A stretch of 63,972 nt of DNA, filler included, from Pelomyxa schiedti (Eukaryota > Protista > Evosea): assembly GCA_020536535.1 (NCBI GenBank). It is 4 parts of 4 records of this genome, joined end to end, with 100 filler letters (N's around TTAATTAATTAA, not from the genome) between each part and the next. Parts side by side here need not be neighbours in the genome. Positions count along the whole stretch, not along the records: positions 1 to 29,984 come from JAHLWZ010000312.1; 3 more parts are not named here. One strand, given 5' to 3'. A program made the position numbers and the translations under genes. This document shows, one piece after another, positions 13,298-25,719 of the stretch. Each line of letters begins with the position of its first letter. The stretch's first letter is position 1. The notes beneath the pieces are model-generated. The model was given only the letters and a program-made list of their open reading frames with translations, had not been told where the DNA came from and did not search any database.

Positions 13298-15133
13298 TCA
13301 GGACATCCAGCACTTCCAGGGGAGAACCCGGCCACCTCGTTCATCATATTCCTGCTTTGTGATAAACAGGTTGGGGTCTACAGCTTGGAGTGTGCAGGCA
13401 AGCTTGGAGGCTCCCCACCAGGACGAAGAGGTGGTGGCACCCTCTCCGCCGTTTGCAACAAACACGTGGGGCCCGCCGCTAGCCTGATAGTGCAGTGCTG
13501 TGGATAGATCATTTTGCATCCTTTGGGCAAACCCTGGTGCCCCGGCTCCTCCACCAGAAAGTAAGATGCACTGAAGGAGAATGGGAACCAGGTCTGGGTC
13601 GCAGTGTTCTAGGCATCTAAGGCTAAGTGGCACGAGCCCTGGGCCTGATTTTCCGGGCATAAGTGTTGGGTCAAACAACAGTTCCATGCACTGTGAGAAA
13701 GCGCTGCGGGCCACATCAGTTGGAGGGGCAGTGTTGAGGTTTGAACGAACAAAGGCGTGAGTCTCCTTTTGTGCCTCTGCAGTATAGAAGTCGCTGTTCA
13801 AGTCCGCATTATCACTCTGCAGTAGTTGTTGAAGGTAAGTTGTCACATCCCTTCCAGCAACATCAAGACTTCCTGAAGCCCAATGCAATGGAGAGCAGGC
13901 GTAAACTGGAACGCACTGCACCAAACTATCACCAACTTCAACAACAAGACCAGTATTTGCGTCAACAGAAAAGAGACTTGCCACAGGTCGGGAGGCAAGG
14001 TAGATGGATCTCACAGAAAACTTTTCAAATGAACACGATGCAAATTCATGCTGAAGTTTTACTCTAGAGCATCCGTCACTGATTAGGGAATGTGTCAAGA
14101 AAAGGGTGCGATCCTTTGGGTCCAAGTTCAGTGACTACATGTAAAAGTGAATAAAGGGAAATCCAGTTAGAAGTTAGAGAACACTTACCTTAAACCCACA
14201 GCTCCACAGCTTTGTCATATCACCCCAGTTGGTCACCATACCTTTGGTGATTGGGGATCTCTGAGCAGTTGGAAGAGCAGTTCTTGCCTTATAGCCCACA
14301 TATGTTGACTCTCTAAGGGCACTCAAAGACCCCATATCACCCACCCCAGAAGCCAGAAGAGATGGAAATCGCACATGGGGTGCCCGGTGCCCAGCAAGTC
14401 CAAGTTTGAAGAAGTGCCCTCCACAGTCTAAAACTAGAATTGGATCATAGACCACACAAGGTGATCTGGCAGGAGTAAACACTGGAGAAGTTGGAGGTGA
14501 GACACTGTGGGTGGCTCTGCCTACTACAGGGTGACTTTGTAATAGCTTAGAGGCGCCCATGATAATTCCCGCTTTCTCTTGCGCGGTTGGTGGGATCTGC
14601 GGTGTTATAGGAGGTATAGATGCTAAATCTTCTTCTTCTTCCTCGGTCGTAGGACAATTGTATGTTGCCAAGTAACCAGGTGGGGGTGAATGCCTAGCTA
14701 GTCTGCACTTGGAGAGGAAAATATCTAGTACTTCATCGGCGCTAGCACTTCTTGAATTGAAAAGCAGCCTGGGTGTGTTATCAGTAAATGTCACCTCCAG
14801 TGTTTGTTCGTCATATTTGTCAATTCTTTGCACAGATTCATACTAAGATTGTGTAAGTACAATCAGATTAATATCACAAATAACAACAACAAACAAATAA
14901 AAAAAAACAAGCTGTACCTGGTATTGTTGTTTGACTGTTGGAGGGTTGTACGCCGTGTCCAGCCGCATAAAGCCTGAATCAGAAAACCTCAAAACACGCG
15001 ATTTCCCCCCCTTGAACGTGTAAACGTAGGACAATGAAGGAACAATGACTTCGACATCTCGTCCCGGTGGTATGGAGGTCGATGTCGAAGCCGCCGCTGA
15101 CGACGGCCCAAGGAACCAGTTGAGTAGTTGCAT
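13298..15133 (-). CDS. Divergent actin-related protein with a long N-terminal extension
   Basis: LVLDCGGHFFKLGLAG, PITKGMVTNWGDMTKLW, TGLVVEVGD, AGRDVT, LLSGGG, SWWGASKLA, ITKQEYDERG actin-fold motifs. Confidence 0.88.
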
Positions 15134-15523
15134 AGATCTTGTGGGTGGTTGTTTGCCTTTGTGATCTCGTTAACCGTATACGCCTCTAACTGCCGGTGGT
15201 GTGTGCTGTGCTTCTTTTCTTATTTTTTTTTAATTCTGATTTTTCAGTGATCCGCACGCAATTTGGAATTTGGTGACAAGAATCTCCTGGTGCCACCGCG
15301 GGGCGGGACTAGATTCACCCAATTCGCAAGTAAAAAAAAAACAGAAGGAATTATTCTTCTCCCTCTTCCTTGCCAACTTCCGCCACAAGCCCGAATTCAC
15401 CAACTCCCCAATTTCTAGTTCCAAGGCCTTTTCTTCAGAAGAAGGAGGCCGTTTGTACTTTTTGTTTTTTTTTTTTTAAAAAGGCAATTGCCGTGTCTCA
15501 CTTGGTGCGATTGGGCCCTCAAA

Positions 15524-16653
15524 TTAAGCTCTCCTCACAGCCACAACAACGAACATGCAACCGCCGCTCACGATGGAGTTGGTCTCGGCAGCCTTGATGT
15601 ACCTCGCTGTGTAGTCGTCGGCCTCGGCCTGGCTCAGAACCCCTTTGGTGACACACATTGAGGCCATTCCTTTGAGCTTGACCCACCCCGGATCCATTCC
15701 CGCGGCGTCGAGGTGGAGGACCGGGAACGGTGTCAATGATGGGACGCCGAAGCCAAACTCCTTGAGGTGGTAGTACAGCTGAATTCCAGTGGAACCTGCA
15801 CAATGAACAAAAGTAGTTAAGTAATTCCTAATGTGTTAAAATTTGAATTTGAAAGGTGGAGACAGAGGGCGGTTCATAGTTACCTGTGCGGTCAACGGGT
15901 ACAATACGGTCATACAGTTGGTTGAAAATAGGATCAGGGGTGTAGAAGCCATGTATACCGCCTTCAAGGCACACAAGTCTTCCGTTTGGTTTTAAGACTC
16001 TACTACATGCTGCCATAGCTTTGCGTAAATCGAGGTGCTGAGACAAAGATTGGGAAAAAGGGGTACAAAGAAGATGTAATTAACCTGCATTGTAATATCA
16101 CTCCTGACTACATCAACACTGCCGTCGCCAAGCATGGACAGAGCATTAGCATCGTCCTGAATTATCTCAACAACAACAGGGGCAAAATCCCCCTGAGCAG
16201 TGGCCATGCTCACAGCTTCTCGAGAAGCTGTAAGCATTGCAGGGTTGGCATCAATGCCTATCACTTTGAAAGGGCCTGTTGCCCCGGGATTGGCAGAGCA
16301 CAGCTTCTGCAGCTCTCTTGCAACAGCAATCAAATCATTGCCAATGCCACACCCTATTTCAGCATAACAACAAGACCCAGCCTGCGCCAAGCCCAATAAA
16401 CCAAGTGCCTCAGTTACAACAAACTCCTTAGCCTTTCTGAGGTATTATGCATGACAAGAAATATGTATTTTGGTGCTTTAGGCTTGAGAGCATGTAAAAC
16501 TCGTTAAACATACGCGAACATAGGCAGTCTGAGTTGGTTCTTAAGGTGTTGGACCAAATCCAACTTTGCACCCGTTGACTTGTCCACATTCCCTCCCTCC
16601 TTCCACACTGATGAAAAATCCTCCTTTGTTAACACCGGTCTGTTGTCACCCAT
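15524..16653 (-). CDS. Class I SAM-dependent methyltransferase (UbiE-like), 4 exons
   Basis: EIGCGIGND, VIGIDANPAML, DDANAL..DGSVDVVRSD..QHL, RVLKPNGRLVCLE. Confidence 0.88.
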
Positions 16654-16905
16654 GTGATAATAAGTGGGTTTGTTTTTTTTATAATTTATGAAAACGCACG
16701 AAAATCGTTTCTGCACAACTTAGACTTGACACCAGTTCCCGGATTAAAAATTCGTACAAGCGATCACAATTTCGATTTCGATCTGTTTCAGATACACATA
16801 AAAAATTATTGATGAACAACAAGCATGTGTTGCTGGAGTCCTGTGAGGGTACGTTATAAGATTGTAATGAGGAGATTTTAGTGAACTGCGCACTTAGGTG
16901 ACCCG

Positions 16906-19900
16906 ATGGGGCCGGATACTGACTCGGAAATTGCTGGCACACCGGAGGTGAAGCAAAGATCTATAGGGAGCAGGCTGAGATCTGTGGGAGGTTTTGTGTC
17001 TCGCTTGTTGGGTACCACTGCCGTAGCTGGTCAGTACGTGCTCAGTTCCACTCGTCGCAGCAAGAGAGCCTTTTTAGTTGGTCTTTCTACTGTATTTTTA
17101 GTGGTGGCATTCATAAGGTAGCATTTTTCCCCCAAATTCTCTTTTGATTGAGTTCACTTTATCAGTTTGTTGGAAAATGCTATTGAAAAAGTACTTCACC
17201 TTTGTACAATACAAATAATAACGAATTTCTCACTTGCGAAAAAGTCACCAATAGTTTTTATGAAACTGAGTGAAAATCAAGTTGGTGAGTTTGATTTGGT
17301 TTTAACACCAAGATTTTCAGTTTCTACTTCATCTGACGCGACAACTACAACGTTTCTAAACTATACTGAGATAACCATGCTCCTTAATGAGGTACTAACA
17401 TAAGCAAGGCAACCATAACCAAATCATAAGACTGTGGAAGTCCAAGGGGCAGTACCAAGATGGGTAGCATTTGCAAAAGCAAGCCTTCCTTATGGGACAA
17501 ATAGGACCTATAAAATCAACCCCTCGATGGTTCTAGTTATCAATTCAACAGCTGAGGATGTAGGGTTTTTCTTCCCTCCACACCAATTCAATTTTCATTA
17601 TTTCTCAGGAAATTGGTCTTGGTCGGGAATGGGATCACCGGCCACTCAATAAAACTGAAACACACGTATCAGGATCGATTCTCCGACAGCTGGGAATTCT
17701 GCCTAATGCAAACCAATCCATCCACCTAAGCGTTGACTTGTTTGACTATCTTGATGTGTGGCACTGTATTGGATCTCCTCAGTTAACCTCAATCTCAGAC
17801 TGCTGGAGTGTTGGAAGGAATGACAAAAGAGGAATTTGTGCTGCAACAACTGGAGTCTGTTATGGCGTTTCCTGTTGAGGGTGAACTTGCTCGCGCGTAT
17901 ATTGATATCCCATTAACACCAGATGAAAATGGAATTTTCACTTTAAATTCCACACAAGTATCCACTTTTTAAACAGGGGTACCCCAAATGCTAAATCCTC
18001 ATTACAGATGGAAGCTGTATACAATCAGTTTTCCGAGATTATAGTGAATCTGACGGGTTTACATCTAAGTCTCACATTATAAATTGACCCTCTCTAGGAG
18101 TTAGTCTCCCACCATTTAATTCAACATCTGTGGCCCTTAACACAACAGTATCAGTTGATATAGCCTCTGCAATCGAGAATGGTTTTGCTAATCTCAATTC
18201 CACCTACACTACGGTGGAAGCCACTACTTTTGCAAACGGAACCATAATGGTTATCGTCAGCTACGACTTCTCCCCTGCATTGGATTCATTGGTCAATGGA
18301 ATCATAGAACTTGCTGTCATTCAAGAAAACTACACAGGTTTTCTTTTACATTTCCTTGAGGGAGATATATAAACATCTCCAATCCAGTAATTGATGCAAT
18401 TGAATCCCCAAGGGGAAAATGGCCTACAGCTCTTGGAGGCGTAATTGTTCTTGGTAATGTGGATGATATGACTATTGACCGTTTACCATTTTTTTTTCTT
18501 TCTCAAGAGCAAGCTGGCGTGGAAGCCCTAGTTAATGATCTGTTGAACGAAACAGTTATATTCCTTGCAGATCAGCTCATGGTACTAAATGAAGCCCTGT
18601 ATAATGTTACTGCTGAAAACATTTGTATTTCCCTCGGTGAAAAAAAAAATTGTAATTCATGGGCACCACAGTTGAAATTCCTGCACGTAACGTAACTTTT
18701 ATGTTGGGAAATACTAGCATTACAGTTCTGATACCAACAATTCCAATTGATTGGAATCAAGTTAATGTGACTATGGCCAATTTTACTAATGTGACTATCA
18801 ACGAGATTGAACTTCAAATTAATGACACTATAACGACACTCTTAAATTCATCCGTTGCTATCTCTTTGAATGTTGGGAATAGCAGTTTGTATTATTTCTG
18901 AACTCTCACACAGGAATATGCATTTATGGTGGTAGTTCTCTACTCCAGAAGAATGGAGATGTACATGCAAGGAGCAGATGGAATGAAAAGCGAAATGATT
19001 GGTTTCACTAACAGTATCTCAAATGATATTGGGTATGAATGTCAAATATAGGAAAAAATTAGCAGCCAGTAACCTACCCACATTAGTGTTGGCTACCCAG
19101 CCACTTTTACATCACCAGTTGCTGCTGCCATCGCAGGATACTCCTTTCTAAGACTATTTTTAGACCAAGTAAGCTTCCTACTGTCTTGTCTTACCTTGAT
19201 AGTACCTAGATTTTCAACTTTGTGACTGTTGTCCTGGTCTTTCTTGGTGCAGTTTTAATATACTCCCTACTGTTATCTGATGTAGAGTCGAAAACCTATG
19301 AATATGGCATGTTGAGAGCACTAGGAATGATGCAGTGGGTTCTAGTAGAGCTTCTGGGAATGCAGGTTTAATTACCATCCAATTTCATTATTGATGAAGT
19401 GTAGTCACTAGGTTTTAGTATCCCTGGAATATTGTTTGGTCTGTTTGTTGGCTGGCTGTTGTATCTCATTGTAAGAAAATCTCTCCTACCTCCCTAATTC
19501 CAACCAGATAGCTGCGTTCCTTGCATCATTTGCAGTCATGCCTATAGACCTTAGTTTTAGTACCCAAGCAATCCTCTTGGCATCTCTTTTAGGGCTCTTA
19601 CTCCCCATATTCGCCAATATCTTTCCAATAAAGGTTATCCCTCTCTATCTCTATTTGAGTTAAATAAAGCACTTTAGCGAGCCCTCTCTCGGACACTCCG
19701 AGATGCCTTAGACATCTATCATATGGTTCAGTCCGAAATAACAGTAAAAATTGTCAAGGTACCCATGGCATTGCAGGGGGAAACACTTACTTTTAAAGCT
19801 TGAAGAAGTTGGGCTGCAACCTTGGCTTTTTTTCCTCTCTTTGATCATAGTCTGCTTTGGATTTGTGACATACTATCTGATTCCCTATGCATTCACGTTT

Positions 19901-22215
19901 TCTAATTATACCATGTTCTTCACTATCCTTGTTGGCATACTGCTTGGTAATGTTCCCAATTTTTTTATTTCCACTACCTTATTTCCTTTGGCAGGGTTTT
20001 TATTTGGTATGTCAATGATAAGTCAAGTTATCCAACCATGGCTGGAACGGTTGCTAGTTTTACTTCTTGTCTGGGGAACAAAAAAGTATTATTTATGCCA
20101 TATGAAACTCTATTAAGCCTCCATAGGGGCGCTATGATGCATTTAGTAAATAAAAATCTTGCTGGCCACTCTAGGCGCAATATCAAAACGGCTGTAATGG
20201 TCACTACAGCTCTCGCTTTTATAATATTCGCTGGTAGTGTGTTTACTCTCCAAGCTCGAAGTATTGGAGAGTTTATTGCACTAATTTTTGGAGCTGACGT
20301 TCTTGTGCAAACGTCCAGCTATAGTAATCCCCTTCCAGAGGTATTTACTTCAATCGACAATGGTTTTTTCATTTGTTCCAACAATAGGAAAATCTTACTA
20401 TATACTTAAATCAACAAATGACTCTTGACAACGGGATCGTAAAGGATTTTACTTGTAGGAAACAATGGGAAAAAAACAAATCTAACCTGAAAACTAGTTG
20501 TCACCTTTCCCCTGAGTTATCATCCAATGGTAAGATACACCGATATTAGTAATCTTGCTGGCTTTCCCAGTTACCGTCAGGTTAATTTTCCTGTACAACG
20601 CTATTCCCTTACTGTGCAAAAAGTACCTCTATGGAGTCGAGAGAAACTTTTTCAATGCCGCTTATGACTATTACTATCTTCCAACAGAACTGAGCTCACA
20701 ATTTAAATATGAAAAAACGTCACAGGGAAAAGGTGACGCTGTAAAGAGGTAAGCCAGTTCCCTTTTCTTTCTTTCGTTAAGAACCGTGTGTAGTCTCTAC
20801 GATAATGCACACAATCGTAAGTTGTATGGGTATCACATTGTTGGGTTTTATGCCTTCTAGAGACCATGCCGTTTGAGGTGGAAGGGATTGAAGTTCCTCC
20901 TGACATTTACGCTACTGACCTGGGGCAACGTGTATGCCACTAAGCTGCTGGGGTTATTGTTGATTTCTTAATTTAGCGCACCTCCTGGCTACCTCCAACA
21001 GAGGAAGTCTATAAAGATTATTTTGATGTAATTATTTCGGAGGCTCTTGTGTGTGTCCCTCCCCCTAATCAAACTCACAGGAGAATTAGAGAGATGCTTC
21101 AAGTGTAGATACACAAACTCCCCTTCATTTAAAAATGGGTTACTACACAGCCAGCTACTATAGACTGTCATTTAGATATCTCGCCAAGGTCGATATGAGT
21201 ATGAGGAAATCTCGATAACCAGTATTAGGCAAGAGCACTCACAGCAATGATGCCCACTTTTCTTTATTCCAAGTACAGAGCCTTCGCCTGGTACCAACCA
21301 ATTCTTGTCTCTATGGATCAGTACCAAAGGTTACTGGAGGACGTGGCACGCGGCTCAAGTGTTAGTTCCTTTTTCCCCTTTTTTATCCCCGCAGTAACAT
21401 AGTGAAAAAAACAAGACCGTTGCACCGGAGAGACCTCCAATGGAAAAGTTACTGATTGCAACAAAATCTGGCACCACCTCAACTCAAGTTGAAGGCCTTG
21501 CCAATGACCTTAGCAATTTCCTTGTTGACGATTACACTACTGTAAGTATCCACCAAGGAAGGGGTGGAAATTGCTCATTCCAACTTAGGTTACTGATACT
21601 CAAAAAACTGTCCGAACAACCACAACAGCGTTGTCGATGTTAAACCTCTTCTTCATAACAGGTCTTCCATAAACATTACAATCTCTATTCTTAAGTTCTG
21701 TCAGTTGCTGCCATTGCAATGTTTTTATGCTTCTTTATACTGTGGCTCTCTTTCACAGCAAATGTTGAAGAAAATTCTTGGGAATTTGCTGTACTAAGAT
21801 CAATTGGACTTGAAGTATTGAAATGCGGAACTCGATAATACTAACACCACTCAGGCAAATCAAGTCATACTATTGTATGTGTACGAAGCTCTTTGTCTGG
21901 TGTTAGGGTGCTCAATTTTAGGCTCTATAATCGGTACATTCGTTCCCCCATGATCCAAATCTCACATAGAATCTAGGTATTTTAGTTGCTGTTGTATTAA
22001 CACTTCAGTTCAATCTGTTTACACAGCTACCTTTCAAGTGCGTCTTCCACACCAAAAACGACATCCATTTAATACCACCAACCAGGTTCGCGTTCCCATA
22101 TGCACTATTCTTTGCCTCGTTTGGAATGGCTATTGTAATCTCTCTACTGGGGTCCTTTTTGCCTGCCACAGTCATTCGTCACAAAAAAATTGGCTCTGTC
22201 CTTAAAGGGAAATAA
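16906..22215 (+). CDS. FtsX/MacB-like (ABC-3) permease with two FtsX domains, many short introns
   Basis: LLLSDVESKTYEYGMLRALG and ANVEENSWEFAVLRSIGL motifs; multiple TM segments; large N-x-S/T-rich extracellular region. Confidence 0.85.
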
Positions 22216-22318
22216 TAGAAGCAGTTCTTAACAAAAGAGGGAAAGACCCTCTGTTGTGGCATTTTACAATTGAATACAAATCAAATGGAAGTCCATTCAG
22301 GGATAATTTATGGTTGGG

Positions 22319-23410
22319 TCACAGGATAGTATAGTCAGAATCCCTTGAGCAGACCCCATAAGTTGTTCCCTGATACACAAACTCATCGTCACGCGCCTCG
22401 TTTCTGCGAGGATAACTCTTGAATATCGTCGCTGTCGAACCGCACCTGTAGCACAGGAGTGGCCTCGGGACACCCCCGCCACCCATAGTTGTCATTGCAG
22501 GGGCAGACGCCGTGGCTGCGGCTGTAGCTGTAGCCTTGGCTGCAGTTGTGGCTGTATGTGTAGCTGTGGCTGTATGTATGGCTGTATGTGTAACTGTGGC
22601 TGTATGTGCATGTGTAGCCGTAGGCGTGGCTGCGGCTGCGGCTGTAGCTGTAGCTGTTGCCACATCCTCTTTTAGCTTGGTGTTTTCCGCCTCTAGTTTG
22701 AGAATTCTATTCTGGAGAGAAAGGAATGCGGGCCTGAGTTTGAGATAGAGGCACGTTTCTACGTGCGCCTTGAGCGACGGGCGGGAGCCACGCCATTCGC
22801 AGAACGAATCGGCCGCGGGGCAGGAAACGAGCACCGAAGCGCACGAGGTTTTCAGATGCTCCGTTAGAGAAATGGGTGCAACTAGCTGTCCACAATCATG
22901 GGGGCACGCTGTTTTAGGTTTTTTTTTTTGGATTGTAAATAGAATGTATAGGGGAAAGAACAAACCAACAGGACATCGCGGAATGTGGGAGGGAAGAACG
23001 TCTCTTGCAAAGTTGTGATGGCAGGACGGGCATACAACAAGAAATGAAGAAAGCTTATTCAGAACAGCCTTTGTAGTAACTTTATGAAGAGTTCCAATTT
23101 CAATTCGGCAAAGTGGGCACTTATTCTTTTGTTTTGTTGGTCTGGTTTGTTAGTAAACGGAAAAGAGCACGATGAGCCTGTAAAATTACCGAAGTTTTCA
23201 TTGCTTCTTTCAAACATGACTCGCAAAACATATTGCCACAATTTGGGTGCTCCACAGGATCCCACAATGGGTTCTTGGTAGTGATTAATTTTGCGCTCTA
23301 AACCGACGCCCTCCCGCTCCCATAATCACGTCACCCACTCGACATATGGGACACAAGAAGTCCTCGTCGATAGGTACATTCGGTGCGTATGTGTACTCAG
23401 CTCTGTCCAT
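22319..23410 (-). CDS. RING finger + TRAF-type zinc finger + coiled-coil protein (putative E3 ligase)
   Basis: Spliced DEDFLCPICR/NPLWDPVEHPNCGNMFCESCL...KCPLCR, then CPSC..H..RC, CPHDC..HLKTSC and CPAADSFCEW..HVETC. Confidence 0.88.
22512..22660. repeat. Coding GCTGTR/GCTGCG hexamer-like repeat (Ala/Thr/His tract)
   Basis: Tandem gctgta/gctgtg/tgtatg units encoding ATATA..HTATATH. Confidence 0.8.
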
Positions 23411-23489
23411 TAAAAACTGCGAAACGCCAGATCAATTCGGTGAAATATTGTCATCTTAGAACTTTAGCTTCATCGACAACCGTGGCGGA

Positions 23490-25590
23490 ATGCACCGCAC
23501 CCCAGCGGCATTATGGGATAGTCTCGAGAGGTGGCCTGTGCTAGAGCCATGCGAAAAACTGAAGTTGGTGATGTCGTGGCTCGAACTCAATAACATCAAC
23601 ACAACAACGACTCCCGGTTCTGTTGACTCTGCCAAAATTACCAAAGGTTTTTTTAAATTTCCCCTGCATAGTATTTTTTTTTTTTTGAATGGTATCAATG
23701 GAAAGCATTAACTGTATGAAAGGGATTAATTCGGTGTTGGATTTGGGTGTGTGTGATCAGGATGAGTGGGTGTGTGTCATGAGCCAGATTGTACGTGAGT
23801 TATGTAGCACAAATCACAGTTCTGCTATCCAGAATCCTATAATGCTTGATGCCTTGAAGTCACTTGAAGAATTGTGTAATTACATACTCTACCCTATGTT
23901 AATGAAACATGACATACAATGTTCTCTAAATCTTCTCTTGGCTCACCCTGAGAAACAACAAAACAAATAAGTGACAGTGAAAGGCCCTCCCCACTTTACT
24001 TCCCCAGAGGACCTCTATCTAGCTCCCAGATTGGTCACACAGCAACCCCAACACACAAACACCCACTTCACACCCAAACAACCACACATAGGATCTCCTG
24101 TGTGGTCGCCAGGCCACTCCCACACATCAACATCTTCCACACCAGCACACATCCCAAAAAGTATACAGTCTACATACTCGACCTTTTCACAGGCCAAACA
24201 CCCTAGCACAAGCACATATTCTTCACAACCACTTCCAGAACATCACATTCCAGAGCACGAGTCTGGTTTGTGTTCAAATTAGCAACTCTTGTCTGATTAC
24301 TGTTCCTTTCTAGAACCAATTCCCTCTCCCTCCAGGCCTGTGGATCCTCGAAAGTCTCCTCCTCCAGTAAGCTGGCATGAGTTGGATAATTTTTCGACTT
24401 TTTCCAGGATGGGTGGAAGACTTATCAGAAGCAACCACAAAGAGTGCAACAGATAGCTATAGATGAAGTGCAACAGATGTCTCATCAAGTACTGGAAGCA
24501 GGTGTTCCTCTTACTTAATTCTGCCAGGTGTTGCAACAAAAGATGGCAAAAGCAGAGCTCACAGAACAACGTCGAATTGCACGCGAAGAGTTGAAGAGAA
24601 GAAAAACCGAAGGTATCTTTTTCTGGTGGTTAGAAAACCGACATTGCAGTTCCTCAAAGGCGAGGAAGACCTCCAAGTAACCCTCTGTCTCCTCCTGAAG
24701 CAGCATCACCAATGAGCCCCTATGATATCACGCAGTCGTAAGACAACCTTACTACCATAAGTACCCCTTGTTAATTGGCTTTATTGTAGTCCTTTATATG
24801 ACTCCATGCAATCACCGCTGACCTCACCAACAAATATGTTAAATGCATCCCCAATGCGGGGCACACAACCCGTGATCAATTCTATTCAATTTTTCGTTAT
24901 TTAATTCCACAACAGGTTGAAAGCACTTCCGCTTTTTCTCCTGAGGCAACGACACCACACAGCATTCAAGGCAGTCCCCAACAACCTGCTTTCAGTCAAT
25001 ACCTTGGGCCACAAACTCAACACGCTACTACAAATCCACATGCCGGCCTCCTTCCCACGCCACCTCCTCAGCAGATGGTGCTTCCTTTCAACCCTATATC
25101 TGCACATTTCCTCCAGGCACAGCAACATAATCTACCCTCGCTGCAGCCAATTCGTCGCCACCGTCACCACCACCCACAAAACCGGCAACCACCAAGCTCC
25201 CAGCACACGGCGTATGCAAATTCACCACCCCCAAACATAGATGCAATTTTCGGCACAACCAAACTACTCACTGAGGAAAACCGGCAGCTCATTCAAGCAT
25301 TTTTTAGTGGTCACAGAGGTAATTCCCTATCTAATACTTTCACTTTTCTATTTCACTCAGAATACGCTTTAGAAACCAATGGCCCGCCTATTAGGCAAAT
25401 TCCCGTAACATGTGAAACAGTCACCACACCAGATGGAACCACAGTTTCTGAAGAAATGCTATTGGAGCTAAATATGACAACAGGTTCTTTTTATCCATTC
25501 CAACCAAACATTCACCACTCAAAAGGGGCGTGGAAAAAAGTCCAAAAACAGAGCCTCATACCACCTTCTCAAAATCAAAATAAAACTTAA
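23490..25590 (+). CDS. NELFA: Negative elongation factor subunit A-like
   Basis: N-terminal EKLKLVMSWL...DQDEWVCVMSQIV (cf. VKLKLLLG...DSDPWVLMVADIL); C-terminal LTEENRQLIQAFFSG...LELNMTTGAWKKVQK (cf. ILGFMAG...FEMNYATGQWTRFKK). Confidence 0.75.
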
Positions 25591-25719
25591 CTGGAAACGC
25601 CTCTTCCTCGCCTCAATATTAAAACCCCTGCTCTTGTGTCAATCACACAAATTTGCCAACAAAACGAAATCAGTCCGAAAAAAAAAACCCCAAAGAACGA
25701 GGGGCGTGTTGTGCCGGTG

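Noticed and set aside
13122-16905. Recurring AATTTC/GAAATT words in promoter gaps
   Set aside because: Cannot be distinguished from AT-rich background without statistics
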